From NCBI RefSeq assembly GCF_963921235.1, contig NC_086097.1:235230001-235294000 (forward strand): a stretch of DNA of 64,000 nt. Direction: 5' to 3'. Below the pieces are notes generated by a model, which was given only the letters and a program-made list of their open reading frames with translations, did not search any database and was not told where the DNA came from. This document shows positions 37,983-50,250 of the stretch, in pieces (the stretch's first letter is position 1; each line of letters starts with the position of its first letter). The position numbers and the translations under genes are program-made. The DNA comes from Mobula hypostoma (lineage: Eukaryota).

Positions 37983-40900
37983 TGTCAAGAAACCGAGGTG
38001 AGAATGGTTAGGACCCAAGTATTTGAGGCTAGGATCGAGACTGAAATGAGAACAGAGAACTAAACTAGATGCTAGACAATAATCCAAGTACAGCTGCATA
38101 TTGAGCATGAACATCAGTTTGGGTGCTTTTTAACTATTAAAATTTTGGTGTCCAAACATGGCCGCCAATTAGCCGGGCAGTCTAAATCTTTAAAGGGGCC
38201 GCGCCAGCTATCCATATTCCGAAGAGTCAGAGCGTCTAAAGCCTGGAAGCTGGTACGGTTGGGTGCATATTATAACAGGACCCCCTCTCCTTCGGCCATC
38301 TCCTGATGGCCTTGGCTGCTCGGAGAGACTGTGATGGTAGTCATGGATGAGAGCTGAATCCAAGATGTCCTTTTCAGGAAGCCCAGCAACCTACCTGGGG
38401 TCTGAATCCTTCCCAGTCCAAGAGGAACTACTGAACATCCCGAACAGTTTGTGACTCCAATATTCTTCTTATGGAGAAGACCTGTTCCCATCAACAAACC
38501 TGGGTTGTGACGAGAATGATGGTGGGGAGGGGATGCTAAAGGTCTGGTGTTTATATGTTTTAATTTGGAATTCTGGAAACTGCAATTGATCTTGAGGGTC
38601 TTGGGGAGCTGTAGTTGTAAATCACAGAGTTTACCTTTTTGAGAACCTTGAAGGCTCCAATGAACTTGGCTGCCAATTTCCTAGACTCCACCCGAAGAGG
38701 CAAATCCTGAGTAGATAGCCAGACCTGTTGCCCAGGTTGCAAATCTGGCCCGTCTTCTCTTGCAGTTAGCATTTACTTCAGCCTTCTTTGTAGAGGCCAA
38801 AAAAATCTCCCTTGCCCAAGTGCATTTCTCCTCGTAACATCGGACAAAATTTTCAGCTGTAGGAACCCAACCTCAGCATCCTGCTTAGGGAAAAGTGGTG
38901 GGTAATACCCAAATTGACATTTGAAAGGGGACATTCCATGTGCCGAATGCTGTAAAGTGTTGTGGTCGACCTCTACCCACGTTAAAAGGCCGCACCACTT
39001 GTCTGTTTTTTCTGCGACCAGATCTTAGGGTATATTCCAAATCTTTGTTCACCCACTCCATCTAGCCATTGGACTGTGGGTGAAACCAGAAGCAAGGACT
39101 CACTGTTGCTCCAATCAGCTTACAGAATTTCCTCCGGAAACATGATACAAATTGCAGACCTTGATCCAACACAACGTCCACCGGAAATCCATGGATCCTG
39201 AAGACCTGGTGCAGGACAATTTTAGCCATTTCCTCCACAGATAGTAGTCTCTCCAAGCCTTTGAAAAATTATCTACAGTTACCACGTTGATGGTCTTCCC
39301 CTTGGAAGGTGGAAGTCCCATGACAAAGTCCGTGGAGATGCACGCCATTGTCTGGAACACGTAGAGGTTGAAGGAGCCCTTGGGGTGGGGTGCGGGGTTC
39401 TTCGTTCCAGGTGCACACCTTGCATGCATGCATGTATTGTCGGACATCTTTCACCATTCCAGGCCACCAATGTTTTCTCTTAATGAACTCAAGGGTCCTA
39501 GAAATCCCTGGCAGAGCAGTCATTCACAATGTGTGTCCCATTGAAGTACCTGAGACCCGACAGAACTTGGAACAAACAGACGACCCGGAGGACCTTCATT
39601 ACGAATCTCCCCTTGTGTCCAGGCCTTGCAAATAAGTGCATCGATTCCCCAACGAATTGGCGCTATCACCTTGGCTTAGGGAAAAATGGTGGTAGGCTGC
39701 TCCTCTCTTTCAGGTTCGTCAAACTGATGAGACAAGGCATCCGGTTTCTGGATTTTTGACCCTGATTGTAATTAAAGCAGTTAAAGAAAAGAGACCACCT
39801 GGCCTACCAGGCATTCAGTCTCTTGGCTCTCTGAACATAAGCAGGGTTCTTATAGTCTGTCCATGTAACAAAAGGGTTCTTGGCCCCCTCAGGCTAGTGA
39901 TGCCATTCCTCCAGAGCCAGCTGTCTATTTCCAATGCTATAGTTCACCTCTGCTGGGCAGAGCAGCCTAGAGAAGAATGCATATAGGTGTAGCTTGTTGT
40001 TCAAAGGTGTCCATTGAGACAACACTGCATCCACTCTGATACCTGAGGCATCCGACTCAATGATGAAGAGAAGTTCCCAGTTGGGTGCAACCAAAATGAA
40101 GGGATATGTGTCTGAAGGGATACGGGGTGGGGAGAAGGCAGAAGATTGGGACTGAGAGGAAAAATGGATCAACCATGATGAAATGGCAAAAAAGACTCGA
40201 TGGGTCAAATGGTCTAATTTTAGTTCTATAGTTTATGGCTTTATGGTCTAAAATGGGAGCTGTTGTGAACCACTGTTTGAGCTCTGTAAAAGCAGCCTCC
40301 ACTTCGATAGTCCAAACAAAAGGGCCCACGGATCTCTTGGGTAGTGTTATCAGCGGAGCTGACACTGTGCTGAAGTTCCTAATGAATTTTTGGTAAAAGT
40401 TAGCAAATCCCAGGAATCATTGGACTTGTTTTACATTGGCTGGTTGTGGCCTTAGTAGGGACCATCTTCAGATTTCCATTAGAATAGATAAAACACAAAA
40501 TTGAAATTGTGATTAGGTGAAATATGAATTTCTCCAGTTTGACATGAAGTCCATGATCAAGAAACCTCTTTAAGGTAACTCTGACGTGAGCGACATACTC
40601 CTTCATGGACTTTGAGAAAATTAGGATGACCTCCAAGTAGACGAATGCATACTTATGGAGAGCATCCCGGAGCATGTCATTTATTAAGGCCCGGAAAATT
40701 CCTGGCATATTTACAAGGCTGAAGTGCGTGTCCAAGTATTCATAGCTCTCTGTCGATGTGTTGAATGCAGTCTTACACTTGTCACCCTCCTTTACGGGAA
40801 CCAGATTGTACACATTCCACAAGTCTAGCTAATCTTATCCCTTGGAGAATCTTGAAGTCTGTGTTCATGAGTGGAAGGGAGTAAGGATTCTTGCTCATTA

Positions 40901-41179
40901 TGCTATTCAGCCCACTCCAATCTGGGTCCCGTCCTTTTTCTGTATGAAGAAGTAGCCAGCACCAGATGGTGAATTGGAGGGTTGAATAAATCCATTGGTA
41001 AGAGTCTCCTATATGTAGCACGTCTTTCTGGGTCAGTGAGCACATATAATCTGCCCAGTGGAGAGCAGGTACCAGAATGAAGATCTATTGCACAGTTGTA
41101 GGGTCAGTGCAGTGGATGAGTCGAGGCCTTTCCTTACTCACGGAACCTCTTACAAATCCTTGTAGACAGAAGGGGTTTT
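37983..41179 (-). mobile_element. Ty3/Gypsy chromovirus remnant: pol (RT, RNase H, integrase, chromodomain), PPT and 3' LTR
   Basis: KTAFNT..YEY, FVYLEVILIFS, ESDASG, ISTDFVMGLP, FHPQSNG, GQQVWLST..LPL, and DWEGF...KDILD. PPT GGAGAGGGGGTCC|TGTTATAA with LTR ~37983-38277. Many frameshifts, and a CR1 tail inserted at ~40100-40248. Confidence 0.9.
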
Positions 41180-41595
41180 GAGTCCTGACTTCAATCCAAT
41201 TGAGAGTTTGTGGCTGGACTTGAAAAAGGCTGTTCACTCATGATTCCCATGCAATCAGACAGAGCTTGAGCAGTTTTGTAAACAAGGATGGGGAAAAATT
41301 GCAGTGTCCAGATGTGCAAAGCTGATACAGACCTATCCACACAGGTTCACAGCTGTGATTGCTGCCAAAGGTGCATCTACTAAATGCTGACACTTATGCA
41401 ATCATGTATTTTGTGTTTTATATTTGTAATTAATTTAGATCACTTTGTAGAGACTTGTTTTCAGTGTGACATGAAAGAATCTTTTTCTGTTGATCAGTGT
41501 CAAAAAAAGTCAAATTAAATCCTCTGTAATTCAATGTTGTAAAACAATTAAACATGAAAACTTCCAATGGAAGTGACTACTTTTTATAGGCAATG
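41180..41595 (+). mobile_element. Tc1 transposon 3' end
   Basis: SPDFNPIESLW..LK.AV...ELEQFCKQGWGKI...CAKLIQTYP.R..AVIAAKGASTK*, with the right TIR ending ACTTTTTATAGGCAATG|TA. Confidence 0.9.
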
Positions 41596-42849
41596 TATAT
41601 AAAATTGCAAATATAACTGCCATCAGTATACTTTTGTCTGGATATTCCATGTCATCAGGTTTTTGTTTCTCCTGGTTGCCATGGAAATCACCTTGAAGTT
41701 AACCCCATAGTTTTTCAATACATTAATACTAAGATTGCTCTGGTCTTTCAGCCTCCTAGAATTTTTTCTCAGAAGACATTCTTGTGCATTACTTGCTTCT
41801 GAGTTTGATAGTTCATTTTTCACCAACAGGTTGGACTTATTTGTTAGGGTAGAAATGTGCTTTCATTTTACAATAGGCTGAATAACATGAAATGCATATT
41901 AATCTGGCAGTCCACTTCAGTGACCTTGATGGTTGTCCAGTATTGCACAGTGCCCTGCTTATCAATAGTCTTGATGTAAAACCCTGTCTCTTTCCCAGTC
42001 CAACAGTGGTAAGCTGGTCCATGTCCAATTTAAGGCCCCTTAACAACTTGAGGGAAGACAATGAGCAGATAGATGTGCCAAATAACTCTGGATCATGTAG
42101 TAAATGTTCTGACCAGCCTTGTGGGCTCCACTGGTCAATGAGATTTCCCATCAATGAAAACATCTTAAGGCCTTAGGGACCTTTTGATCATGAAACCAGA
42201 GGTTCAACTTTAATCATTTCTTTTATATAAACTTATCACCCCATCTCTGTGTTAGCATGTCATGCTCCTAAATGTAATTCCAAAATGCTGCTGTCCTTTT
42301 CATGATGTCATTGACCTATTTAGAAAGTTGTGAATTTCAGCCCTGAGGTCTCTCTCGTCAACTGTGATTTGCAGCATCTTTCATTTTGTTTATGCTTCCA
42401 TTATTTTCCATTCCTCCCAAACTATATGGTCATAGACATCCACATTAAATTGCATACTGTGTTTCACCTTATTCCATTAACCTGTTTATATCTTCCTGAA
42501 GTGCTTTTTTATCACCATACCTGCCACTTTCCACATCCATTACTATTGCATTTCCATTCTCCTTCCAGACATTCGCATCTTGAATGAAAAATTAATGTAT
42601 AACTTGTCTCTTATAAAGCCATATTAGCTGTTTTTTTAACCTATGCATTGAGTTTTGAGTTTTGAAATATTAAGGGTTTATCCACATTGATTCCAGATTA
42701 ACATTAGTTCTGCCTTTCAGGCAATTGATTTATGTTAAGCACATTTAGCTTTTATTTTAATGAGCAGTTTCAGATCTATATTAGGTTATTTCCTGTGCAG
42801 CCAGCAAGTAGTAAGTATAAAAGCACATTGGCCGGCAGGAGCCAAGAGG

Positions 42850-43152
42850 CTTATGCTAGGAGTGAAAGAAGTTTCTATCTAAGGTGCTTGGAAGTAGGTA
42901 CAGAGGAGATGTCAGGGGTAAGTTTTTTACGCAGAGAGTGGTGAGTACGTGGAATGGGCTGCCGGCGGCGATGGTGGAGGCGGTAACGATAGGGTCTTTT
43001 AAGAGACTCCCAGATGGCTACATGGAGCTTAGAAGAATAGAGGACTATGGGTAAAGCCTAGGTAGGTCTAAGGTGGGATCATGTTCGGCACAACTTTGTG
43101 GGCCGAAGGGCCTCTGTTGTGCTGTATGTTTTCTATGTTTCTATGTTTCTAA
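42850..43152 (+). mobile_element. CR1 3' end
   Basis: FFTQRVVSTWNGLP and a (TTTCTATG)n tail. Confidence 0.85.
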
Positions 43153-45930
43153 AGCTATCCTGTTGTTTTCCCAGCAGAAGCTATGCTTATAAGTTGATGT
43201 TATGTTGTTTAGAAGTTAATCAAACAGTATCATTAAGATTGAGCTGAAATAGAATGTTATTTTTTTGATTCATCAGACATTAATCTAGATGCTTATGGTT
43301 TACACATATTATTTACCTGTTGTATTAACTTGTTGGAATCTTATCATATTTACCTGCATGAAACTTCTAAGTTCTTACTTACCTGTGTGAATGGAACAAC
43401 GTGGTAATTGTACTGAAGTTTGTTGTTTTTTCAGTTTCACTCCTTTTATTCACTATGTCATGTCATTGAGTCTGCAGTAAAACCAAGGAGCTGGTGTTTG
43501 GCTGACCGTCTAGTTGATGTTACAACACCTCAGTGAGGAAAGTACAATATTTTTCATAGACCTTCTGTAGTTTGTGCAAATATGCAATACAAAGATATAG
43601 AAACTGCAGTCAGAATCATCACCCTCTATCTGAGTTCAAATGCAATGTTCACATTCATTATGAGAAGTCCAGAATTTAAAAACAATGGTATAATGCTGAG
43701 GTTTTATAAGGCATTGGTCAGACCACATTTGGAGTATTATGAGCATTTTTTGGGCTCTGTAGAAAGGATTTACTGGCTTTGGAGAGGGTCAAGAAGAGGT
43801 TCATGAAAATGATCACAGGAATGTAAAAGTTAATGGATGAGGAACGTTTGATGGCTCTGGGTTTCTATTTACTGGAGTTCAGAAGAATGAGTGGATATCT
43901 CATTAAAGCAGTTTGAATTTGGTCAACATGGCTCTGGCAAGACATGGGAATGCTTTGCAGACAGCAAACAAAACTACTAACAATTCTACAAAATATACTT
44001 TCTTGGGACTATAATCACTGCAATTTGCAGCTTTTAATTTCCTGTTGGGAGATGCGCTTTTGAAATACCTGTACTACCTGGTGCTTTCATGGATTTGATG
44101 AACTGGAATCCTGAGAATGCAGGTATCACCATGACGGCCACTGCTGGAGCAGACCTGGGGTCAGACTGAAACTTCGTGCCAAATTGAAGCAGCAGGACCT
44201 GGTCCCGAGAGCAGATAACGAAACAATGTTTGGCCAATTTAGTCCCGAGCCAGATTAAAAATAAGGCTTTGAGGTAGAGGGCGAAGGAAGAACCAGTGTT
44301 CAGCTCACTACTCCCTGAGGTTTTACTTGCTTCGCAGCTGAACAGATTCTGCAGCTGTGGCCTGTGGCCATTGAGCTCCTGAACTGGCTGCAGTGCTGAA
44401 CTAGCTTTGTGCCTGCGGACTTAGTTTCAGAGACTCTGCATTTCATGATCTGTGGATTGTTTGTTTGTATGATTTGTTCGTTTCTTCACATCGGATGTTA
44501 GACTGGCTTTGTGGTGTGGGATTTTTTTCATGAAAGACCGCAGACTCACTTTCAACAACTCTACTGATCCTGTTCTCAATATTTGGTTATCTGGACATAG
44601 ACATAGATATAGAAGACATAGAACAGTACAGCACAGTACAGACCCTTTGGCCCACAATGTTGTGCTGACCTTTAAACCCTGCCTCCCTTACAATCCCCAT
44701 CTTAAATTCCTCCATATACCTGTCTACTAGTCTCTTAAATTTCACTAGTGTATCTGCCTCCACCACTGACTCAGGCAGTGTATTCCACGCACCAACCACT
44801 CTCTGAGTAAAAAACCTTCCTCTAATATCCCCCTTGAACTTCCCACCCCTTACCTTAAAGCCATGTCCTCTTGTATTGAGCAGTGGTACACTGCAGAAGA
44901 GGCGCTGGCTATCCACTCTATGTATTCCTCTTAATATCCTGTATACATCCATCATGTCTCTTCTCATCCTCCTTCTCTCCAAAGAGTAAAGCCCTAGCTT
45001 CCTTAATCTCTGATCATAATGCATACTCTCTAAACCAGGCAGCATCCTGGCAAATCTCCTCTGTATCCTTTCCAATGCTTCCAAATCCTTCCTATAGTGA
45101 GACGACCAGAACGGGACACAGTACTCCAAGTGTGACCTAACCAGATTTTTATAGAGCTGCATCATTACATCGGAACTCTCAAACTCTAGCCCTCGACTTA
45201 TGAAAGCTAACACCCCATAAGCTTTCTTAACTAATCTATCTATCTTTGAGGCAATTTTCAGGGATCTGTGGACATGTACCCCCAGATCCTTCTGCTCCTC
45301 CACACTACCAAGTATCCTGCCACTTACTTTGTACTCTGCCTTGGAGTTTGTCCTTCCAAAATGTACCACTTCACACTTCTCTGGGTTGAACTCCATCTGC
45401 CACTTCTCAGCACACTTCTGCATCCTATCAATGTCTATCTGCAATCTTCAACAATCCTCTACACTACCTACAACATCACCAACCTTTGTGTCGTCTGCAA
45501 ACTTGCCAACCCACCCTTCTACCCCCACATCTAGGTCGTTAATAAGAATGACAAAAAGTAGAGGTCTCAGACCCGATCCTTGTGGGACACCGCTAGTCAC
45601 AACCCTCCAATCTGAATGTACTCCCTCCACCACGTCCCTCTGCCTTCTGCAGGCAAGCCAATTCTGAATCTACCTGGCCAAACCTCCCTGGATCCCATGC
45701 CCTCTGACTTTCTGAATAAGCCTACTGTGTGGACCCTTGTCAAATGCCTTACTAAAATCTATGTAGATCACATCCACTGCACTACCCTCATCTATATGCC
45801 TGATCAACTCCTCAAAGAACTCTACCAGGCTTCTTAAACATGATCTGCCCTTCACAAAGCCATGCTGACTGTCCCTGATCAGACTATGATTATCTAAATG
45901 CCTTTAAATCCTATCTTTAAGAATCTTTCC

Positions 45931-47956
45931 GGGGCGGCGTCACGTGATGACGTGGGATTGAGACGAGTGAATCCAGCTCTCCCATTAAAAAATCAGCAAA
46001 GTACCGTTTAAACAAAGTAAAGTTAAAAAATACTTTTCGAAAACTACTTACAAACTTCGTAAGACTACTCTATGATATGCCTCGTAAACAGCAACAGAAG
46101 AAGTCTGTTGTTGCGAAGTCGCCGCAAGATGGGAAGAAAAAAGGGCCTACTGCAGCGATGGAGCCTCAGATTCAGGTTGGATCTCCTTCAGAAGAGACGC
46201 TTTTTATCTCTGGCGTAGAAGAATGGGGAGCAATGGCAGCGGTAGCGGTCTCTCAGAAGAAGATGCCAGAATTGCGCATGCGCAAGAAGTACGCATGCGC
46301 AAATCGACACAATTTAAACTACAAAAACCGACGGCCACTGCAACTGGAAGTGACTCTGAGTCAGAATTGGATATCACAGAGAATACAGATGAAGTAGAGG
46401 AGGAAGAACTGGAAGAGACTGGAAGTAAAGGAGACGACGGAGACCTAAGAGAGGCTTTATTGCAATTAACGGCTGAACTAAGAAAATTAAGAACAGAGCT
46501 TAGAGACGTGAAGATGTGCTATGATAAAGCTATGAAAAGACAGGATAAAATGGACAAGAAAATTCAGAAGATGGAAAGAACAATGGAGCATATTAACGAT
46601 AGAGTGGAAAAAACAGAAAATAATGTGCTCGTCTGGAACATAGAAAGAAATCAACTCTTGGAGAAAGTGGACGTGTTGGAAAATTTTAGTAGACGTAATA
46701 ATATTAAAATTGTTGGTCTTGAAGGTATAGAGGGAGATCATCCAATAGAATTTTTTCAAAGATGGATCCTGAAAACCTTGCAAATAAAAGAGGAAGACCG
46801 ATCAATTGAAATTGAGCAGGTACAGAGAGCGCTAAGACCAAAACCACAAGATGACTAATATCCACGATCAATTTTAATAAAATTCTTAAGATTTCAAGAC
46901 AAAGAAAGGATTCTACAGGCGGCTGCTCAAGCTGCCAAGAAGAGAAAAGGGCCACTGATGATAGAAGGGAAGAAAATTGCTTTCTACCCTGACATAAGTT
47001 ATGAACTTTTGAAAAGAAGGAAGAAGTTTAATCCAGTGAAAAAAGCCCTATGGGATCACGGTTATCAATTTATATTGCGTTATCCTGCAACCTTGAAGGT
47101 TTTTTTGCCTGGTGGAGAAAAAAGATTTTTTTGACGATTACCGGAAAGCGGAGGAGTTTGTGCGAGATTCTTTGAATATTCACCAGATACAAGAAGAAAC
47201 TTAGGGGAGCGAGATGGATTGAAGATGAAGATCAAGGATTAGGCCTGTTGAATTTTTAGGAGGATGAATATATAAATATATCATTAATTATATGAAGGAA
47301 GGGAAGAAAGGTTAAAATTTGAGGAATATTAGCTGGGAATAATAACATTAATTTTTTTCTATATATATATAATTTTTTGTTACGGGGGAGCTGGAAGAAA
47401 CACTGACCAATCGCTACATTATTCATGTGTGCAAGCATGGCAATAGCCACGACCCGCACAATGGAGGGGGGTAGTGTTGTGTATCTTTTCATTCACAACA
47501 TTAGTGGGGGCGGGTATTTTGTTTTTTCTTTTTTTTGTATCTTATCTATCTTTTTTTTTCTTTTTGCTTGGATGATTGGGAGGGAAACACATAGCAACAT
47601 GGTGAAGTTCAAAGAGATGCCCCAAGGAACTATGAGAGTTGAGAAGCTAAGTAATGTTTTAGATTTTAAGAGATAAATATGTAAGAGAATATTTGGAGCC
47701 CTTATTTATAGCTCCGATGATGAAGATCTTGGTTCCTTGGTGGAAAATAACAAATATATATATTAAATTTATTTTTATCCCATGGAGCATGTGCAAACCT
47801 TCCAATATTCAGGCGGTTCCTTTTTTTTTTCTTTTTTTCTTTTCTTTTTAAGTAGGAGTATATATTGGGCGGGGGAGGGTTAAGGGGAGAGGGGAGGGTA
47901 GATATTTTTTTTCTCATGTATCACTTTGAAAACTCAATAAAAATTATATCAAAAAG
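45931..47956 (+). mobile_element. L1-clade element with ORF1 only (HAL1-like or internally deleted), ~2.0 kb
   Basis: TSD AGAATCTTT(T)CC at 45920-45930 and 47957-47968, G-rich 5' end, and AATAAA plus A-rich 3' end. No EN/RT sequence is present. Confidence 0.88.
46077..47204 (+). pseudogene. L1 ORF1p (coiled coil, RRM, CTD) with frameshifts and a stop
   Basis: LENFSRRNNIKIVGL..., PRSILIKFLRFQDKERIL, FYPDIS..LLKRRKKF, LRYPATLKV. In-frame TAA at 46856. Confidence 0.85.
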
Positions 47957-49687
47957 AGAATCTTTTCCAAAAGCTTTCCCACCACAGATGTAAGGCTCAC
48001 TAGTCTATAATTACCCAGACTGCCCCTACTACCTTTTTTGAACAAGAGGACAACATTCGCCTCTCTCCAATCCTCCGGTCCAGTGGACAACGAAGACATG
48101 AAGATCCTAGCCAGAGGCTCAGCAATCTTTTCCCTCGCCTCGTGGAGTAGCCTGGGGAATATTATGTCAGGCCCTGGGGACTAATCCATCGTAATATATT
48201 TTAAAAACTCCAACACCTCCTCTCCCTTAATATCAACATGCTCCAGAACATCAACCTCACTCATATTGTTCTCACCGTCATCAAGTTCCCTGTCATTGGT
48301 GAATACCAAAGAGAAGTATTCATTGAGGAGCTCACTCACTTCCACAGCCTGCAGGCACATTTTTCCACCTTTATCTCTAATCGGTCCTACCTTCACTCCT
48401 GTCATCCTTTTGTTCTTCACATAATTGAAGAATGCCTTGGGGTTTTCCTTTACCCTACTCATCAAGGCCTTCTCATGCCCCCTTCTTGTTCTCCTCAGCC
48501 CCTTCTTAAGCTCCTTTCTTGCTACCCTATATTCCTCAATAGACCCATCTGATCCTTGCTTCCTAAACCTCATGTATGTTGCCGTCTTACACCTGACCAG
48601 ATCCTCCACCTCACTTGTCACCCATGGTTCCTTCATCCTACCATTCTTTATCTTACCGGGACAAATTTATCCCTAACATCCTGCAAGAGATCCCGAAACA
48701 TCGACCACATGTCCACAGTACATTTCCCTGCAAAAACATCATCCCAATTCACACCCGCAAGTTCTAGCCTTATAGCCTCATAATTTGCCCTTCCCCAATT
48801 AAAAATTTTCCTGTCCTCTCTGATTCTATCCTTTTCCATGATAATTATAAAGGCCAGGGAGCGGTGGTCACTGTCCCCCAGATGCTCATCCACTGAGAGA
48901 TCTGTGACCTGACCCGGTTCATTACATAATACTAGATCTAGTATGGCATTCCCCCGGTCGGCCTGTCAACATACTGTGACAGGAATCCGTCCTGTACACA
49001 CTTAACCTACTCTGCCCCATCTAAACCCTTGGAACTAATCAGATGCCAATCAATATTAGGGAAGTTAAAGTCACCCATGATAACAACCCTGTTATTTTTG
49101 CACCTTTCCAAAATCTGCCTCCTTATTTCTTAAGAATTATCTATTTCTCAAGAATTTTTCATACTAAACTGGGAGTGTGAGCAGAGAAAAGACAAGGTCC
49201 TGCAACATGAGCTCAGTGGGTTAAGTTAAGCAACAGGACCGCCAGGGTTGTGATCTTAGGATTGCTACCTTTGCCGTGTGCTAGTGAAACGAGAAATAGG
49301 AAGAACATGCAGTTTAACACGTGGCTAAGGAGATGACGCAGGAGGTAGTGCTTCAGATTTTTCTATCAGTGGGCTCTCTTCCAGGTGTGGTGGGTTCTCT
49401 ACAGAAGGGATCGTCTGCACCTGAGTTGGAAGGGGACTCATCGCCCTTTCTACCCATTGCATTGGTGCTGACATGGCCCACAGCTTTCTACTCACGAATG
49501 CTGTCGATTCAAGCCAAGATTGTTTTCTTTTAGATTATGAGGACACACAGTCCTCTTTTATTGTCATTTAGTAATGCATGCATTAAGAAATGATACAATT
49601 TGCTCCTCCAGAATGATATCACAGAAACACAAGTCAAACCAAGACTAAAAAAAACTGACAAAAACCACATAATTATAACATATAGTT

Positions 49688-49881
49688 GGGGTGTATGGGG
49701 TGTCAGGGAGGGGTAGCATCACTGGTGGGGGAACATATTGTGTCCTTTTCAGGGCGCTTAGTCCACCTTTGGTCCCCACCTGGCACTCAGCTCTCACCTG
49801 TGGCTCCCCGTAGTTGTTTGCATGTGACAGCGGCCACACCCTGGGCAACGGCTTCGACAAGCCGGCTAAACCAGGTGAGGG
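49688..49881 (+). ncRNA. HDV-like self-cleaving ribozyme (predicted)
   Basis: P1 GGGGTGT/ACACCCT with G1-U wobble; P2 CTCTCACCTG/CAGGTGAGGG; P3 GGC/GCC; L3 starts TCC with GG at 49843-44 (P1.1); P4 CGGCTT/AAGCCG; J4/2 G-C49866-TAA. Confidence 0.8.
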
Positions 49882-50250
49882 TAGCCGACGGGTCTCAAAC
49901 CCTCGGTGTGATAGGGAGTTGTCTATCCCAGCATGTGAAGACAGACTCCGGTGGGTTGAGCAGAGGAGACCTATGGAAAATCCAACGGTCAAGAAGGCGG
50001 TCTCTGCAAGCGTCATGGAACATGTAGAGCAGAACAAGACACAGAAGACGTCCTGGTCATCCACTGCGCCTAGTCCCATCTCCAGCCGTCTCGACTCTGT
50101 CTTGCCACTGCATCCAGATGGGAATTGGGAAGAGAGAGTGAGGCTGACGCTGCGCAACTCTCGCTCACTTAAATCCAAATCACGCGCTAGTCTCGACACC
50201 ATCATAATGGTGTCGAGGTCCTCATCGATGTCGACGATGGACGAAAAACC
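49688..50250 (+). mobile_element. 563-bp non-coding SINE-like retroposon headed by an HDV-like ribozyme
   Basis: Perfect TSD ATAACATATAGTT (49675-49687 and 50251-50263). The 3' hairpin CATCG..CGATG plus GACGAAAAACC resembles an RTE-type tail. Confidence 0.88.

Larger units (their letters stand above)
44612..49130 (-). mobile_element. CR1 LINE ORF2 (APE part plus RT), split by an L1 insertion
   Basis: VMGDFNFP, LGDSDHRS, DFSKAFDK, SGVPQGS, KFADDTK and the ORF 44587-45444 C-terminus. Confidence 0.92.

Noticed and set aside
41620..42180. Overlapping short ORFs, possible hAT transposase relic
   Set aside because: No diagnostic motif could be aligned convincingly.
43384..43472. Minus-strand exon candidate (CTGCAG acceptor, GTAAGT donor)
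   Set aside because: Stops occur in all three frames. It could only be non-coding and nothing else supports it.
46272..46302. Two GCGCATGCGC-like (NRF1-type) palindromes
   Set aside because: They lie inside L1 ORF1, and a motif match alone does not support a regulatory call.
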